Source: Candidatus Atabeyarchaeum deiterrae (GTDB lineage Archaea; Asgardarchaeota; Atabeyarchaeia; Atabeyarchaeales; Atabeyarchaeaceae). Taken from it: a stretch of DNA of 64,000 nucleotides. This document shows, in pieces, positions 48,777-58,812 of this stretch (the stretch's first letter is position 1; every line of letters begins with the position of its first letter). The stretch lies in contig CP147780.1 in NCBI GenBank assembly GCA_037310415.1, forward strand, positions 1,664,001-1,728,000, written 5' to 3'. The position numbers and the translations under genes were made by a program. Below the pieces are notes generated by a model, which searched no databases, was not told the DNA's origin, and saw only the letters and a list, made by a program, of their open reading frames with translations.

Positions 48777-50333
48777 CTACTTTTTGACTAAATACTCTTC
48801 GCGCATTACGCGTTTAAGGATTTTACCTGCTATGTTGCGAGGTAACTCCTCACTGACAATTACTTTGCTGACGCGCTGATATTTCGCTCCTACGTTTTCA
48901 TTAATCCACTTCAGTAGTGACTCTGCAGTGATGCTGCCAGGTCTGTTGAGAACAACTGCGGCAACAGGTGTCTCACCCCACTTTTCGTCGGGAATGCCGA
49001 AGACAGCGGCTTCCCTCACCTCAGGGTGCCTCGCAACGACTTCTTCAATATCTCTTGGATAGACTTTCACTCCTCCTGAATCGATCATGTCCTTCTTTCG
49101 ATCCACAAGATATAGAAATCCATCATCATCGATGTAGCCCATGTCACCAGTATACAGCCAGCCATCTTTGATAGCCTGTTCAGTTTGGTCAGGACGCTTA
49201 TAGTATCTTGGCATAAGGACTGGACCGCGACCGATAATCTCACCTGTTTGCCCAGTGGGAACATCGTTATCATTTTCGTCTACAATTCGCATCTGATAAA
49301 GTGGTCCCGGCGTTCCAACAGAATTCGGCTTCCTTGAATAGTCATATTTGTCTAGGACGGTCACAAATCCTTCAGTCAGACCGTATAGTTCATAGTATCT
49401 GCCAGGCAAGCGCTTGTTCAATTCTTGTTTATGCTCCTTCAGCAAAGGTGCTCCAACGTTGCATATCATTTCAATTGATTGCAGCGCTTTGAGCGAAAAC
49501 TTTGGTGAGCGAAGAATGGCAATAACTTGCGCAGGAACAATCATCATGTGGGTTACCTTTTCTTTGCTCACGGTTTCTATGAAATCCTCAGGATTGAATG
49601 CGGGAAGAAGAACGAAAGTGCAACCCATATACAGAGCGGGCATCAAAGTCACGAAGGTTGCATTAAACACAATCGAACCAGAATGCATCATTACTGATTC
49701 AGGTGTCATTCTGAAGACTGGGATCATGGTCAAGGCATACATTAACCGTATGTAATGAGTGTGGGTTATTCCCTTGGGCAAACCTGTTGTTCCGCTACTG
49801 TATATTATGTTGTAAGGATCATTCTCATTGATTTCTATGCCTTGGGGATCCTGATCACTGGCTCTTGCTTTCATCTCGTGATAGTACTGGTAATGAGGCA
49901 TAACTGATGAGTCGACGACTATGTACCCGTCATCAATAATGCGGGTCAGCTCATGTCTTACTTCTTCAACGTTCTTCGCAAGACTGGAACTGGTTATTAT
50001 CGCTCTTGACTCGGAGTCATCGAGGAGCGACTTTAATCCCTTAGGCAAGAGCATCGGGCTGAGTGGCACCACAACCGCTCCAGTTTTTGCTGCTGCCCAG
50101 TAGGTTTCGAGCAATTCAACACAATTAGGAAGTAGCGTAGCCACTTTATCGCCTTTCTTGATCCCCATGCCCAAAAGGGCGTTCGAGATTCGATTCACTT
50201 CCTGATTAAGCTGCAAGTAATTCAAACGTTTCTCTTTGAAGACAACTGCTGGGTGATTAGGGCGGTACTGAGCGTGCCGACTCAGAATCATTCCGATGTT
50301 TATCGGATGTCCACCGTTGCTTAGGTCTGACAC
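48777..50333 (-). CDS. Acyl-CoA synthetase / AMP-binding enzyme
   Basis: YSSGTTGLPKG, YGLTE, TGD, DRKKD, GKILK. GTG 50333 follows AGGAG (track start 50414). Confidence 0.93.
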   Translation of the reverse strand: MSDLSNGGHPINIGMILSRHAQYRPNHPAVVFKEKRLNYLQLNQEVNRISNALLGMGIKKGDKVATLLPNCVELLETYWAAAKTGAVVVPLSPMLLPKGLKSLLDDSESRAIITSSSLAKNVEEVRHELTRIIDDGYIVVDSSVMPHYQYYHEMKARASDQDPQGIEINENDPYNIIYSSGTTGLPKGITHTHYIRLMYALTMIPVFRMTPESVMMHSGSIVFNATFVTLMPALYMGCTFVLLPAFNPEDFIETVSKEKVTHMMIVPAQVIAILRSPKFSLKALQSIEMICNVGAPLLKEHKQELNKRLPGRYYELYGLTEGFVTVLDKYDYSRKPNSVGTPGPLYQMRIVDENDNDVPTGQTGEIIGRGPVLMPRYYKRPDQTEQAIKDGWLYTGDMGYIDDDGFLYLVDRKKDMIDSGGVKVYPRDIEEVVARHPEVREAAVFGIPDEKWGETPVAAVVLNRPGSITAESLLKWINENVGAKYQRVSKVIVSEELPRNIAGKILKRVMREEYLVKK

Positions 50334-50622
50334 AAATCTCCATCTCCTAACTTCAATCTTCCTAAATGCACTGGTCTTTCCTTTGGAAGTTTGGACTCGC
50401 CAATTGTGACACAAGTCAGAGATTCATTGGTTCTAGTGCGCGCGTGACCGCGCATGACGTGCTTGGCCAACTTCTCTGGCGCAACATCTGTGTGTCTCAT
50501 CTATATAAGAGCGTGACTCGGACCGTACGGAAAATAGGGTTTGACGAGAACGTAGAGAAAAAAGGAATAGAAGAGAAGATGATGTGCATTCATTTGTAGA
50601 TACGATAATGTCATGTGCCAAT

Positions 50623-51717
50623 TCAACTCCTAAACTTGTTCAATTTGATCGTTGCGTCCTGCTTGGCCGAAGTGTATGCTGCTTCGACAACCTTGTGTGC
50701 GTAGACTCCGACTGCAAAATCTGGCTGGGGTCGGCTATTGGATTGTATTGATTTAATGAATGAGTAATCTTGGTACGTGTACTCTCCTAGCTCGTATTTG
50801 CTCTGGATGCCCAGTTTCTCTTTGATGTAGTCATTCGCTTTTTTGTAACCTATTTTAATTGGGGCTTCTTCACCCATTTGGTAAAACCATGGCACTGCAG
50901 ACTTTGTTTCTCCATCTAGTTCGAGGTGGAAGAGCGCTTTGTTGTAGAAGATCTCGATTAGGCGACTTGATCCTCTCATTCCAAGCTCGTGCCATATGCT
51001 TGATAGCATTCCTTCAGCGCCGTTCTCGAACTTGAGCCAAAGGTTGGCTTCGTCTTCAACTTCTCTGCCAGAGAAGTACCTTACGCTTGCTCTGACGTCT
51101 TCAATGTCTCCAAAGAACCATCTCATGAAGTCAACGTCGTGGATTGAATGCTCTATGAGAGTTCCTCCTCCCGTGATATCCTTGTCTTTTCTCCACGTGC
51201 TATGATATTGTCCTCTAATTGGAAAGAACTGGTCATCTCTGAGCACGAAATTCATGGCTGGTTCAATTCTCTTCTTGTTTTCGTCGATCAACTGCTTACT
51301 GTAATTGAGCAGAGGGTCGAACCTCATCACCAATCCGACCTGTGCCTTGACGCAAGCCTTCTCGACGACGTGAAGCATTTCCTCAGCATCCTTCAGATTG
51401 GTCGCCATTGGCTTCTCACAGAAAATGTCTTTGCCTGCAATAGCGGCTTTTGCCACGTAGTCCTTGTGGAACTTGGTTGGGGTGCAAATGAACACCGCAT
51501 CAACAGCATTGCTCCTAATGAGAGCGGTAGCATCGTCATAGAGTTTGATACCAGGTCTAAGTCTCGCTACCACTTTCAACCTCTCAGGATCAGCATCATG
51601 GGCAGCTACGACTTCGACATCGACCAGCTTGGATCGAGCCACCAAGTCGAGTGACTGGAGGTGAGTCATTGAGATCCAGCCGCAACCCACAAAACCAATA
51701 CGTGTGGCATTTGCCAA
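50623..51717 (-). CDS. Gfo/Idh/MocA oxidoreductase
   Basis: GFVGCG, CTP..H, CEKP, GGG..EHSIHDVD. TTG at 51717 (track start 51801). Confidence 0.92.
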   Translation of the reverse strand: MANATRIGFVGCGWISMTHLQSLDLVARSKLVDVEVVAAHDADPERLKVVARLRPGIKLYDDATALIRSNAVDAVFICTPTKFHKDYVAKAAIAGKDIFCEKPMATNLKDAEEMLHVVEKACVKAQVGLVMRFDPLLNYSKQLIDENKKRIEPAMNFVLRDDQFFPIRGQYHSTWRKDKDITGGGTLIEHSIHDVDFMRWFFGDIEDVRASVRYFSGREVEDEANLWLKFENGAEGMLSSIWHELGMRGSSRLIEIFYNKALFHLELDGETKSAVPWFYQMGEEAPIKIGYKKANDYIKEKLGIQSKYELGEYTYQDYSFIKSIQSNSRPQPDFAVGVYAHKVVEAAYTSAKQDATIKLNKFRS

Positions 51718-51897
51718 GGATGTTCGCCTCGGATCATAAGTACGATGAAAAACTGATTTGGTTTCACAGGAAAGGGACTTCTGCGATGATCTATAAATCA
51801 TTTTGGGGCGACGCGAAAACTAGCTTGCTTACCACCGAGCAATTGGTTGGTCTCCAAGCAAAAATGGAAAATTTGGAAATGAGGAAACCAGTGTTTC

Positions 51898-52329
51898 CTA
51901 TATTTCCTCGAGTAAGGTTGAGAATGTGTCGTGGTGGTCTTCTTCTTGCTGCGTTATTTCTCTGAATAATCTGTTTGTTGTTTCGTCGTTCTCGGCTCTT
52001 GCCTTATCAATGATCTGCTTGTAAAGCTTGATTGCCGTTTCCTCATCTTTCATGTCACGTTCAATCATTTCCCTCAAGGTTTCTCCCACGAATATTGGAT
52101 CTGGCTTGGTTGTTGGTGTTCCACCAAGGTAAAACAGTCTCTCTGCTATAGACTCCGCATGCTTCATTTCCTGTTTTGCTATGCCTTCAAGTTCATCCTT
52201 AACGGCGAAGCCCTTCACCCCACTCCATTGAACGTGTTGCCACATATACTGCACTGAAACCTGCATCTCCCTTGCGATAGCCTTGTTCAGCAGATCTAAC
52301 AATTCTTTTGATGCTTTTACTACGCTCAT
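51898..52329 (-). CDS. Ferritin-like / bacterioferritin-type protein
   Basis: REMQVSVQY, EMKHAE, DEE, EEDH diiron ligands. Confidence 0.9.
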   Translation of the reverse strand: MSVVKASKELLDLLNKAIAREMQVSVQYMWQHVQWSGVKGFAVKDELEGIAKQEMKHAESIAERLFYLGGTPTTKPDPIFVGETLREMIERDMKDEETAIKLYKQIIDKARAENDETTNRLFREITQQEEDHHDTFSTLLEEI

Positions 52330-52628
52330 GAGTTTCGCCCTCCTTACAGGTGGGTAGTAGATTGAGTGTTCTCGTATTTTATGGTTTTGGTTGACTCGCA
52401 GATTACTACAATATGGTGAGTTTCACAAGCCTGTCCAGAATTTCTTGTGAGCGGGAAAGAAATAAAAGCCGAAGAACAAGTAAGTCACTTCGTATCAAGG
52501 AGCTGAACGTCATCCTCATATTCCATTTGCTCCATTGTGAATCACAAGGCGGTTCCGGGAATTGCCTCTGCATGAAGCAGTATTGAGGAGTCCTTCATGA
52601 TGGTGACAGTGTTACTCGGGGCGGTTCT

Positions 52629-53387
52629 ATGAGTAGTGGGGTCACTCAAAGGGTCGGTTTCCTTAGTGAAGACGAACGAGTGGTCGGCGTGCTGCACCTA
52701 CCTCGTCATCGAGAAGTGCGAGAGACGTCAATAGTCATCACTTGCCACGGACTGAATAGCAGCAAAGACAGCGTGAAGTATCTCGAAATAGCCGAATACT
52801 TTTCATCCAAGGGATTTGCTGTTCTGAGATTCGATTTCCGTGGAGCAGGAGAGAGCGAAGGAACTGGGAATATGCTAACGGACAGGATAAGAGATCTCAA
52901 CGGAGCTATAGGATTGGCCATTGAAAGAGAATTCAAGTCAATAGGAGTTCTCGGGAGCAGCTTTGGCGGAGCAACGGCGATACTTACTGCAAGCCAGACA
53001 CGCGAAATCAATGCTGTGGTAACCTGGTCTACTCCATGCCTGCTCAAGGATCTTTTTAAGTCAATGATCAGAACAGTGAGAGATAGGAGAGATAGCCATT
53101 CGAGCGAAGATGAAGGGTCAATCAAGAGTTTCGAATCCTCACCTTTCATGGAAGACCTCTCGAAGTATGACGTTGTCGATGCCGCCAGAAAGATCAGTAA
53201 GATACTAGTCATTCACTCCAAAAGAGATCAGGTTGTGCCCTGGAACCAAGCTAACATGATATATGATTACGCCAACGAACCGAAAGAGTTCAGGTTTTTT
53301 GAGATGGGGGATCACCAGTTTCTAGACCAGTCGATCAGAAAAGAGGCCATAGAACTCAGCTATAGGTGGTTCAGCAAGTACCTATGA
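52629..53387 (+). CDS. Alpha/beta hydrolase (S9/Hydrolase_4-like)
   Basis: CHG, FDFRGAGES, GSSFGG, DQVVP, GDH. Confidence 0.88.
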   Translation: MSSGVTQRVGFLSEDERVVGVLHLPRHREVRETSIVITCHGLNSSKDSVKYLEIAEYFSSKGFAVLRFDFRGAGESEGTGNMLTDRIRDLNGAIGLAIEREFKSIGVLGSSFGGATAILTASQTREINAVVTWSTPCLLKDLFKSMIRTVRDRRDSHSSEDEGSIKSFESSPFMEDLSKYDVVDAARKISKILVIHSKRDQVVPWNQANMIYDYANEPKEFRFFEMGDHQFLDQSIRKEAIELSYRWFSKYL

Positions 53388-54086
53388 CTATTCTCGCGGG
53401 TCTGAAGATTTCTCGCTGGGCATGAAATTGGAAATAAGATGCCTCTGTTCTAGGCTCAGCAGACAGCCAAGTTTTTCATCCAATACCTGCTTCTTCAATT
53501 CTGATCTCGTAAGTGAGATCAGGTTGAGACCGATCGATCTGTAGTACTTCTCTTTCAGGGGTTTCTTAATGAAAGTGTAGTTAATCAAAAGCCTATTGTA
53601 GAGCCTTCGGAGATTCTCTTTTGTGATCTTCACGTTGGGATTATACATCCCCCAATACTCTATGAAGTACGTCTCAGGTTTTCCAGTAATTCTGTTATTT
53701 CCTTCCACTTTGAAGTCATACCGTCCAATGGCCCTGTTGCTGTCGATCTTCTTCAGTTGAAATCTGGTTGTTAACAGTTCTCTGTCTTCAGCAGAGAAAT
53801 TCGACAGTACTTCTTCCAACAGTTTGTTGGCATCAACAGGGATTCTGCCACGGGGAATTGCTCCATGAGCCTCGAAGGATATCTTATTTTCATCAAGCCA
53901 AGAGATTATTCTCTCCTCGGCCTCGCTCTCACCCCGGTTTTGTCTAGTCCCGGCTTGAGCTTTCTTCTTGGCCTTGTGTCTCGAAAAAAGCTTCCTATAC
54001 TTAATCCTGCCTCTCTTCGCTGGCTTTCCATCTATGGTAAGTTGCTTGGGCGTGCGCTCCTTGGTTGACGGGGTCATTCCGATCAA
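53388..54086 (-). CDS. Vsr/DUF559-like PD-(D/E)xK-fold protein
   Basis: SEAEERIISWLDENKISFE ... YDFKV ... YFIEYWG ... KEKYY ... LNLISL. Confidence 0.6.
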   Translation of the reverse strand: MIGMTPSTKERTPKQLTIDGKPAKRGRIKYRKLFSRHKAKKKAQAGTRQNRGESEAEERIISWLDENKISFEAHGAIPRGRIPVDANKLLEEVLSNFSAEDRELLTTRFQLKKIDSNRAIGRYDFKVEGNNRITGKPETYFIEYWGMYNPNVKITKENLRRLYNRLLINYTFIKKPLKEKYYRSIGLNLISLTRSELKKQVLDEKLGCLLSLEQRHLISNFMPSEKSSDPRE

Positions 54087-54377
54087 ACCACCTAATCGTG
54101 TGATAAGAGTGGATCCAGCGATGATCCTTTTTTCAGTCGATATCAGACAGGAGTTGAAGATGATTCTATTGAGGCTAGAACCGTTAGATTCGCACTGTGA
54201 ATGAATGTCTCAATAGAGAGTCGGTCACTCAGCCTAGCCGATAACTATTTCTGCTCCAATGAATTAAGTGAGCAAAGGATTTTTAAGTCAGATCCAATTT
54301 CAGGAGAAGTCGACTAACCTGAAGAAGCAACTGCTTGAATAGTCAGAGCGGACTTCACAGATTATGAGGGGATTGTA

Positions 54378-54788
54378 ATGTCAGGTGTTATATTAGTAAG
54401 AGATGCAATGGCCAAAGCCATAAAGAGTGTCAGACCTACGTCATCAGCTCATGAAGCAATAGAGAAGATGATCAAGTTCAATATTGGTTCTATCTTGGTC
54501 ATGGACGGAGAGAAGCTTCATGGCATAATCACGGAACGAGACATTCTGCAAAGAGTCGCTGAACAAAGCATTGACGCAAGATCGCTTCAAGCCAAAGACA
54601 TAATGTCCAGACCCGTTGTGACCGTGGACGAGAACATCACTCTTGAAGAAGCTGCGAGGATGATGTCTAAGAAGAACATAAAGAAACTTGTAGCGACCCG
54701 GGAAGGAAAAGTCGTGGGAGTAATCACCACTACCGACATAGTTAGGAGAAGCCCGCAGCTCATTGAGTTCATCAGCAAACCGAAATAA
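54378..54788 (+). CDS. CBS-domain protein
   Basis: Two CBS repeats: GIITERD and GVITTTD. Confidence 0.92.
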   Translation: MSGVILVRDAMAKAIKSVRPTSSAHEAIEKMIKFNIGSILVMDGEKLHGIITERDILQRVAEQSIDARSLQAKDIMSRPVVTVDENITLEEAARMMSKKNIKKLVATREGKVVGVITTTDIVRRSPQLIEFISKPK

Positions 54789-54893
54789 GAGTCAAGTCGA
54801 GATCCGCTCTTTCTTCATTCGAATTTGGATTCATGGGTGACAAGTGTTTTAAGTCACCCACCAGTATACGATAGCAATCAGAGGTTGATCCGA

Positions 54894-55463
54894 TTGTCAT
54901 ATAAGAAGGAACTGAAACCGTCCAATGCATTGTATCCAACCCCTGTGATCCTTGTCACATCGGTGGACGAGAGTGATAAACCGAATATCATAACGTTGGC
55001 CTGGGCTGGTAACTTGTGTTCAGTCCCACCGCAAGTAGGAATCTCAGTTACACCTCAACGTTATTCCAATGGCTTGATACGCAAGACCAAGGAATTCGTG
55101 GTCAATATTCCAACGGAAGATATCTTGAAGGAGACTGACTACTGCGGACTGGTTTCAGGGAAAACCGTCGATAAGTTCAAGGAGACCAAGCTGACGCCGA
55201 TAAAAGCTTCAAAAGTGAAGCCTCCGCTAATAAAAGAGTGCCCGGTCAGCCTTGAATGCAAGGTGAAAAACGTCATAAACATAGGATCCCATGATCTGTT
55301 CATTGGAGAGACCATCAATATCGATGCGGACGAGAACGTGGTAGGTCAACGTGGGAACATCGATTTTGTGAAATTGAAAGCTGTAACCTGGAATCCCATT
55401 TCTCTGGAATATTACAGTCTTGGGAGAAGACTGGGATCCATAGGTTTCTCAAAGAAGAAGTGA
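54894..55463 (+). CDS. Flavin reductase family protein (copy 1)
   Basis: LYPTPVILVTS, EFVVNIP, CG.VSG..VDKF, ECP..LEC, GSHD. TTG 54894 follows GAGG (track start 54825). Confidence 0.9.
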   Translation: MSYKKELKPSNALYPTPVILVTSVDESDKPNIITLAWAGNLCSVPPQVGISVTPQRYSNGLIRKTKEFVVNIPTEDILKETDYCGLVSGKTVDKFKETKLTPIKASKVKPPLIKECPVSLECKVKNVINIGSHDLFIGETINIDADENVVGQRGNIDFVKLKAVTWNPISLEYYSLGRRLGSIGFSKKK

Positions 55464-55556
55464 CATATCCGCCACAATCATTTCATGGCTCTAACCATCT
55501 ACTACCTTTACTAAATTGCACTGTGGAGGTCGGGATCAACGCCTTCAAGAAAAGAC

Positions 55557-56111
55557 ATGAAGCCTTCCGCATTATTGTATCCAACCCCCGTTGTTTTGGC
55601 CACATCAGTTGATGAGAATGGGAAACCCAATGTGTGCACACTGGCAGCAGCAGGAATACTCAGCGGGGTTCCTCCTCAAGTAAGTATCTCAATAATGCCT
55701 ACGCGATATTCCCATGCGCTGATAAGCAAAACAAAGGAATACGTTCTGAACATACCTACAGCTGACATTGTGAAAGAAACTGATTATTGTGGAATCGTGT
55801 CTGGGAGAACAGTAGACAAATTCAAAAAAACTGGACTCACGTCGGTTAATTCGAAGAAAGTGAGACCTCCCGCAATAAGTGAATGCCCAGTCAGCCTTGA
55901 GTGCAGAGTCAAGGATATTCTGAGACTAGGGTCCCATGATGTTTTTGTGGGAGAAGTCGTCAACATTAATGTGAATGAGGACGTGCTGAACCAAGCCAAG
56001 AGAATTGTTGATTATGGGAAGTTGAAGCCGATTACATGGAACCCGATTACAGGAGAATATCATAGCCTTGGAAAGTCGCTGGGCTCATATGGCTTCTCAA
56101 AGAAGAAGTAG
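55557..56111 (+). CDS. Flavin reductase family protein (copy 2, tandem paralog)
   Basis: Same motifs as copy 1; both end GFSKKK. Confidence 0.9.
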   Translation: MKPSALLYPTPVVLATSVDENGKPNVCTLAAAGILSGVPPQVSISIMPTRYSHALISKTKEYVLNIPTADIVKETDYCGIVSGRTVDKFKKTGLTSVNSKKVRPPAISECPVSLECRVKDILRLGSHDVFVGEVVNINVNEDVLNQAKRIVDYGKLKPITWNPITGEYHSLGKSLGSYGFSKKK

Positions 56112-56153
56112 CTGTCTGCAGTATTCCCAACTAGCTTAGAGGCAGATGCCAAC

Positions 56154-57374
56154 ATGGGCAAACGTTTGTTCTATGCGATCCTTTGCGTTACGGGTCTGTT
56201 CGCGCTTCTGAGTTCAACTTTGTCGAAGAGCCCCGTGTTAATATACTTTGCAGAAAGCCTCGCGACGCCAGTGTATCTGATGGGGTTTATCGCATCAGCG
56301 TCAACCATTCCAGGCGTTTTGGCCAGTCTACCTGCTGGAACGCTTTCAGACAGATGGGGCAGCGCCAAAGTGATCATCGCGTCTGGAGTGATCTTCGCTT
56401 CTGCTCCATTCCTCTACCTTTTTGTGACGGGCCCGTTGCAGCTAATTGCAGTAAGGTTCTACCATGGTTTTGCTACAGCTATCTTTGGCCCAGTGGCGAA
56501 CGCTGCAATAGTAGCTAGGTTTCCTGAAAGCAAGGCGGAGAAGATCTCCTTGTTCTCATCAATAACATACATAGGACGTTTTACTGCCCCCTTGTTGGGT
56601 GGTTACATTCTTCTCACTTCAGTTTCAAACTTCAATGAACTCTACCTGATCGACGGGATCATGGGAGCACTTGCATTACTCATCGCGGTCTGGTTACGTG
56701 AAAACGGTGGGCGAGGAAAAGAGGGCTACACTGGGATTGCTAATGATGCGGGCAACGCTGAGAAGGCAATTGGACGAAGAAGTCTCCGTCGGGACTGGAA
56801 AGAAGTAGCTGCAAATGGAAAGGTTCTCGCCGCGAGCTTCGTAGAGGCAACACAATACTACACCATAGGAGCGTTCGAATTCTACGTGGTCGCGTACGCC
56901 AAGGATGTGCTAGGACTGGATCCATTCTCGGTTGGGATTATCGCTTTGGTCGAACCGCTAGCTGTTTTCCTTGGCAAGCCTGCAATGGGCAGACTTTCAG
57001 ATAGAGTTGGGAGAAGAACACCGATACGTCTAGGGCTTATACTTGGAGCGATCGCCTTGATCGTATTTCCATTCGCAGCGGGATTCATTCAGCTCACTGT
57101 TGTTTCAGTTGCATATGGACTTGGGATTTCACTAGTCACGTCTTCTACTCCCCCACTGGTCACCGAGCTTTGCAGAAAGGAGGTCTGTGGATCTGCTCTA
57201 GGTTTTCTAAGCACTTTAATGGATGTAGGGCAGGTACTCGGGCCTATAGTGACAGGCCTCCTGCTCGCCGCGACCTTTGGATATTTCATCTCATTCGCCC
57301 ACTTGGGAGTAGTCTTATTGTTATCCTTTTTTGTTTTCAGCATCTCAACCAGGGGAAGGAAGGCTTCTGCCTGA
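56154..57374 (+). CDS. MFS transporter
   Basis: GTLSDRWG, GRLSDRVGRR; about 12 TM. Confidence 0.9.
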   Translation: MGKRLFYAILCVTGLFALLSSTLSKSPVLIYFAESLATPVYLMGFIASASTIPGVLASLPAGTLSDRWGSAKVIIASGVIFASAPFLYLFVTGPLQLIAVRFYHGFATAIFGPVANAAIVARFPESKAEKISLFSSITYIGRFTAPLLGGYILLTSVSNFNELYLIDGIMGALALLIAVWLRENGGRGKEGYTGIANDAGNAEKAIGRRSLRRDWKEVAANGKVLAASFVEATQYYTIGAFEFYVVAYAKDVLGLDPFSVGIIALVEPLAVFLGKPAMGRLSDRVGRRTPIRLGLILGAIALIVFPFAAGFIQLTVVSVAYGLGISLVTSSTPPLVTELCRKEVCGSALGFLSTLMDVGQVLGPIVTGLLLAATFGYFISFAHLGVVLLLSFFVFSISTRGRKASA

Positions 57375-57575
57375 ATGCGAGCATTTACTGCGATGTTCGC
57401 AGTCGATCTTTTGTTGACAAAAGACATGCTTTCATACTCCGCTTCGGCAGAACTCCACCCCCTTCGCATGCGCAAACAGCAAAAAGTAAATGTTAAGTCA
57501 AGATCACTCAATATAGTCACAATATAGCGGCGTTCGCTCAAAAATCAGTAGATTCAGAATGGAGCGGGACGTGAT

Positions 57576-58694
57576 ATGGCAGTCAGAGACCTCGAAACTT
57601 CAATGCAAGATGCTTGCTCGAACATTGTTAAAATAATCAGCCACGGAGACAAATCACATATTATGAGAAAGGAGGATCAGGTACTGCTGATCGGTGATCA
57701 GAGAGATCTGAGCCCCCTTTACACGGAGACCTTGGCGAAAGTCATACGTGAGTGGCAAAAGAGCAAAGGAGAGGTTCACGTCAAGTATCTACCTAAAGAG
57801 AGACCAGTCACGGACGTGGCTCATATTGACCCGACTATAACAAAGCTCGCTGGAAAAGCTGACATCATCATAGGGACATACTCGAACCCAGGCGAGACAA
57901 TCACAAATGCAGAGTCGCCTGTGCTCAACAAAGCATTCTTCAAAACGATTTTTGACAGAATGAGAGACAACAAGATAAGGCTCTACGCAGTTGCAGGCAG
58001 GCCGAATATCCACGTTCTGGAAACATTGGCTGACATTGGGTCAATTGAGGAAACCAATTCGATCTCAAAGCGATTGAGGCGTTACCTGCAGGGAAAATCA
58101 GGGCAGAAAATGCAGGTCTATACCCTAAAGGAAGGGAGATATGGTGATCCCTTAGAGTTCTTGATAGCAGCGTCGGATAAGATCGTGGCGGACTACTTCG
58201 AAGCTAATGAGAACATAATCAATATTCCATCTGGAGAAGTCTTTTTCGAACCCACGCCAGGATCGGCAAAGGGAAAGTTGTACTTTAAGGAAGGTAGTTT
58301 CTATCATCTCTACGTTCCGATCAGAGGCATGGTTATACTAGAGTTTCAAGACGGCGAGATCACTGATTGCAGAAACCTCGGCGGAAAAGACGACGAGGTG
58401 CGCAACTTCATCACGAAACACTTGGAAGTGAAAGAGAACAGATACTTCGCTGAGATGGGAATCGGCACATACATTGCAGGCTCGTATATCAAAATGGAGG
58501 ACATGACCTACAACAGAACCATACTTGAGAAGCTGCAGGGTTTCCATGTCGCCTATGGAAGTTCGATCCATATGAAGGGAAGTCATGAGGCGCCGGAGCA
58601 TATAGACAACTGGTTTAGATATGGGGACGTCTACATCGGGGACGACCATCTCATTTCGAAAGGAAAGTTGAACACGAAACTCTTCAAAGAATAG
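57576..58694 (+). CDS. Peptidase M29-fold aminopeptidase-like protein with intact metal ligands
   Basis: NIPSGEVF, FAEMGIG, LEK..GFHVAYG, EHID. Confidence 0.75.
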   Translation: MAVRDLETSMQDACSNIVKIISHGDKSHIMRKEDQVLLIGDQRDLSPLYTETLAKVIREWQKSKGEVHVKYLPKERPVTDVAHIDPTITKLAGKADIIIGTYSNPGETITNAESPVLNKAFFKTIFDRMRDNKIRLYAVAGRPNIHVLETLADIGSIEETNSISKRLRRYLQGKSGQKMQVYTLKEGRYGDPLEFLIAASDKIVADYFEANENIINIPSGEVFFEPTPGSAKGKLYFKEGSFYHLYVPIRGMVILEFQDGEITDCRNLGGKDDEVRNFITKHLEVKENRYFAEMGIGTYIAGSYIKMEDMTYNRTILEKLQGFHVAYGSSIHMKGSHEAPEHIDNWFRYGDVYIGDDHLISKGKLNTKLFKE

Positions 58695-58697
58695 AAC

Positions 58698-58729
58698 GAA
58701 CCGAAGAGAAACCTGTCTTCTCTCGGTTC
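58698..58729 (+). terminator. Stem-loop directly after stop codon
   Basis: GAACCGAAGAGAA-acctgtc-TTCTCTCGGTTC (one bulge). Confidence 0.4.
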
Positions 58730-58812
58730 TTGACCGACAAGCTACTTATTGAGGTTATACGTTTCGGGCACTCCCCAGGCGCCACTTTAGAGAGTGAGGG
58801 TGTAACAGCTCA

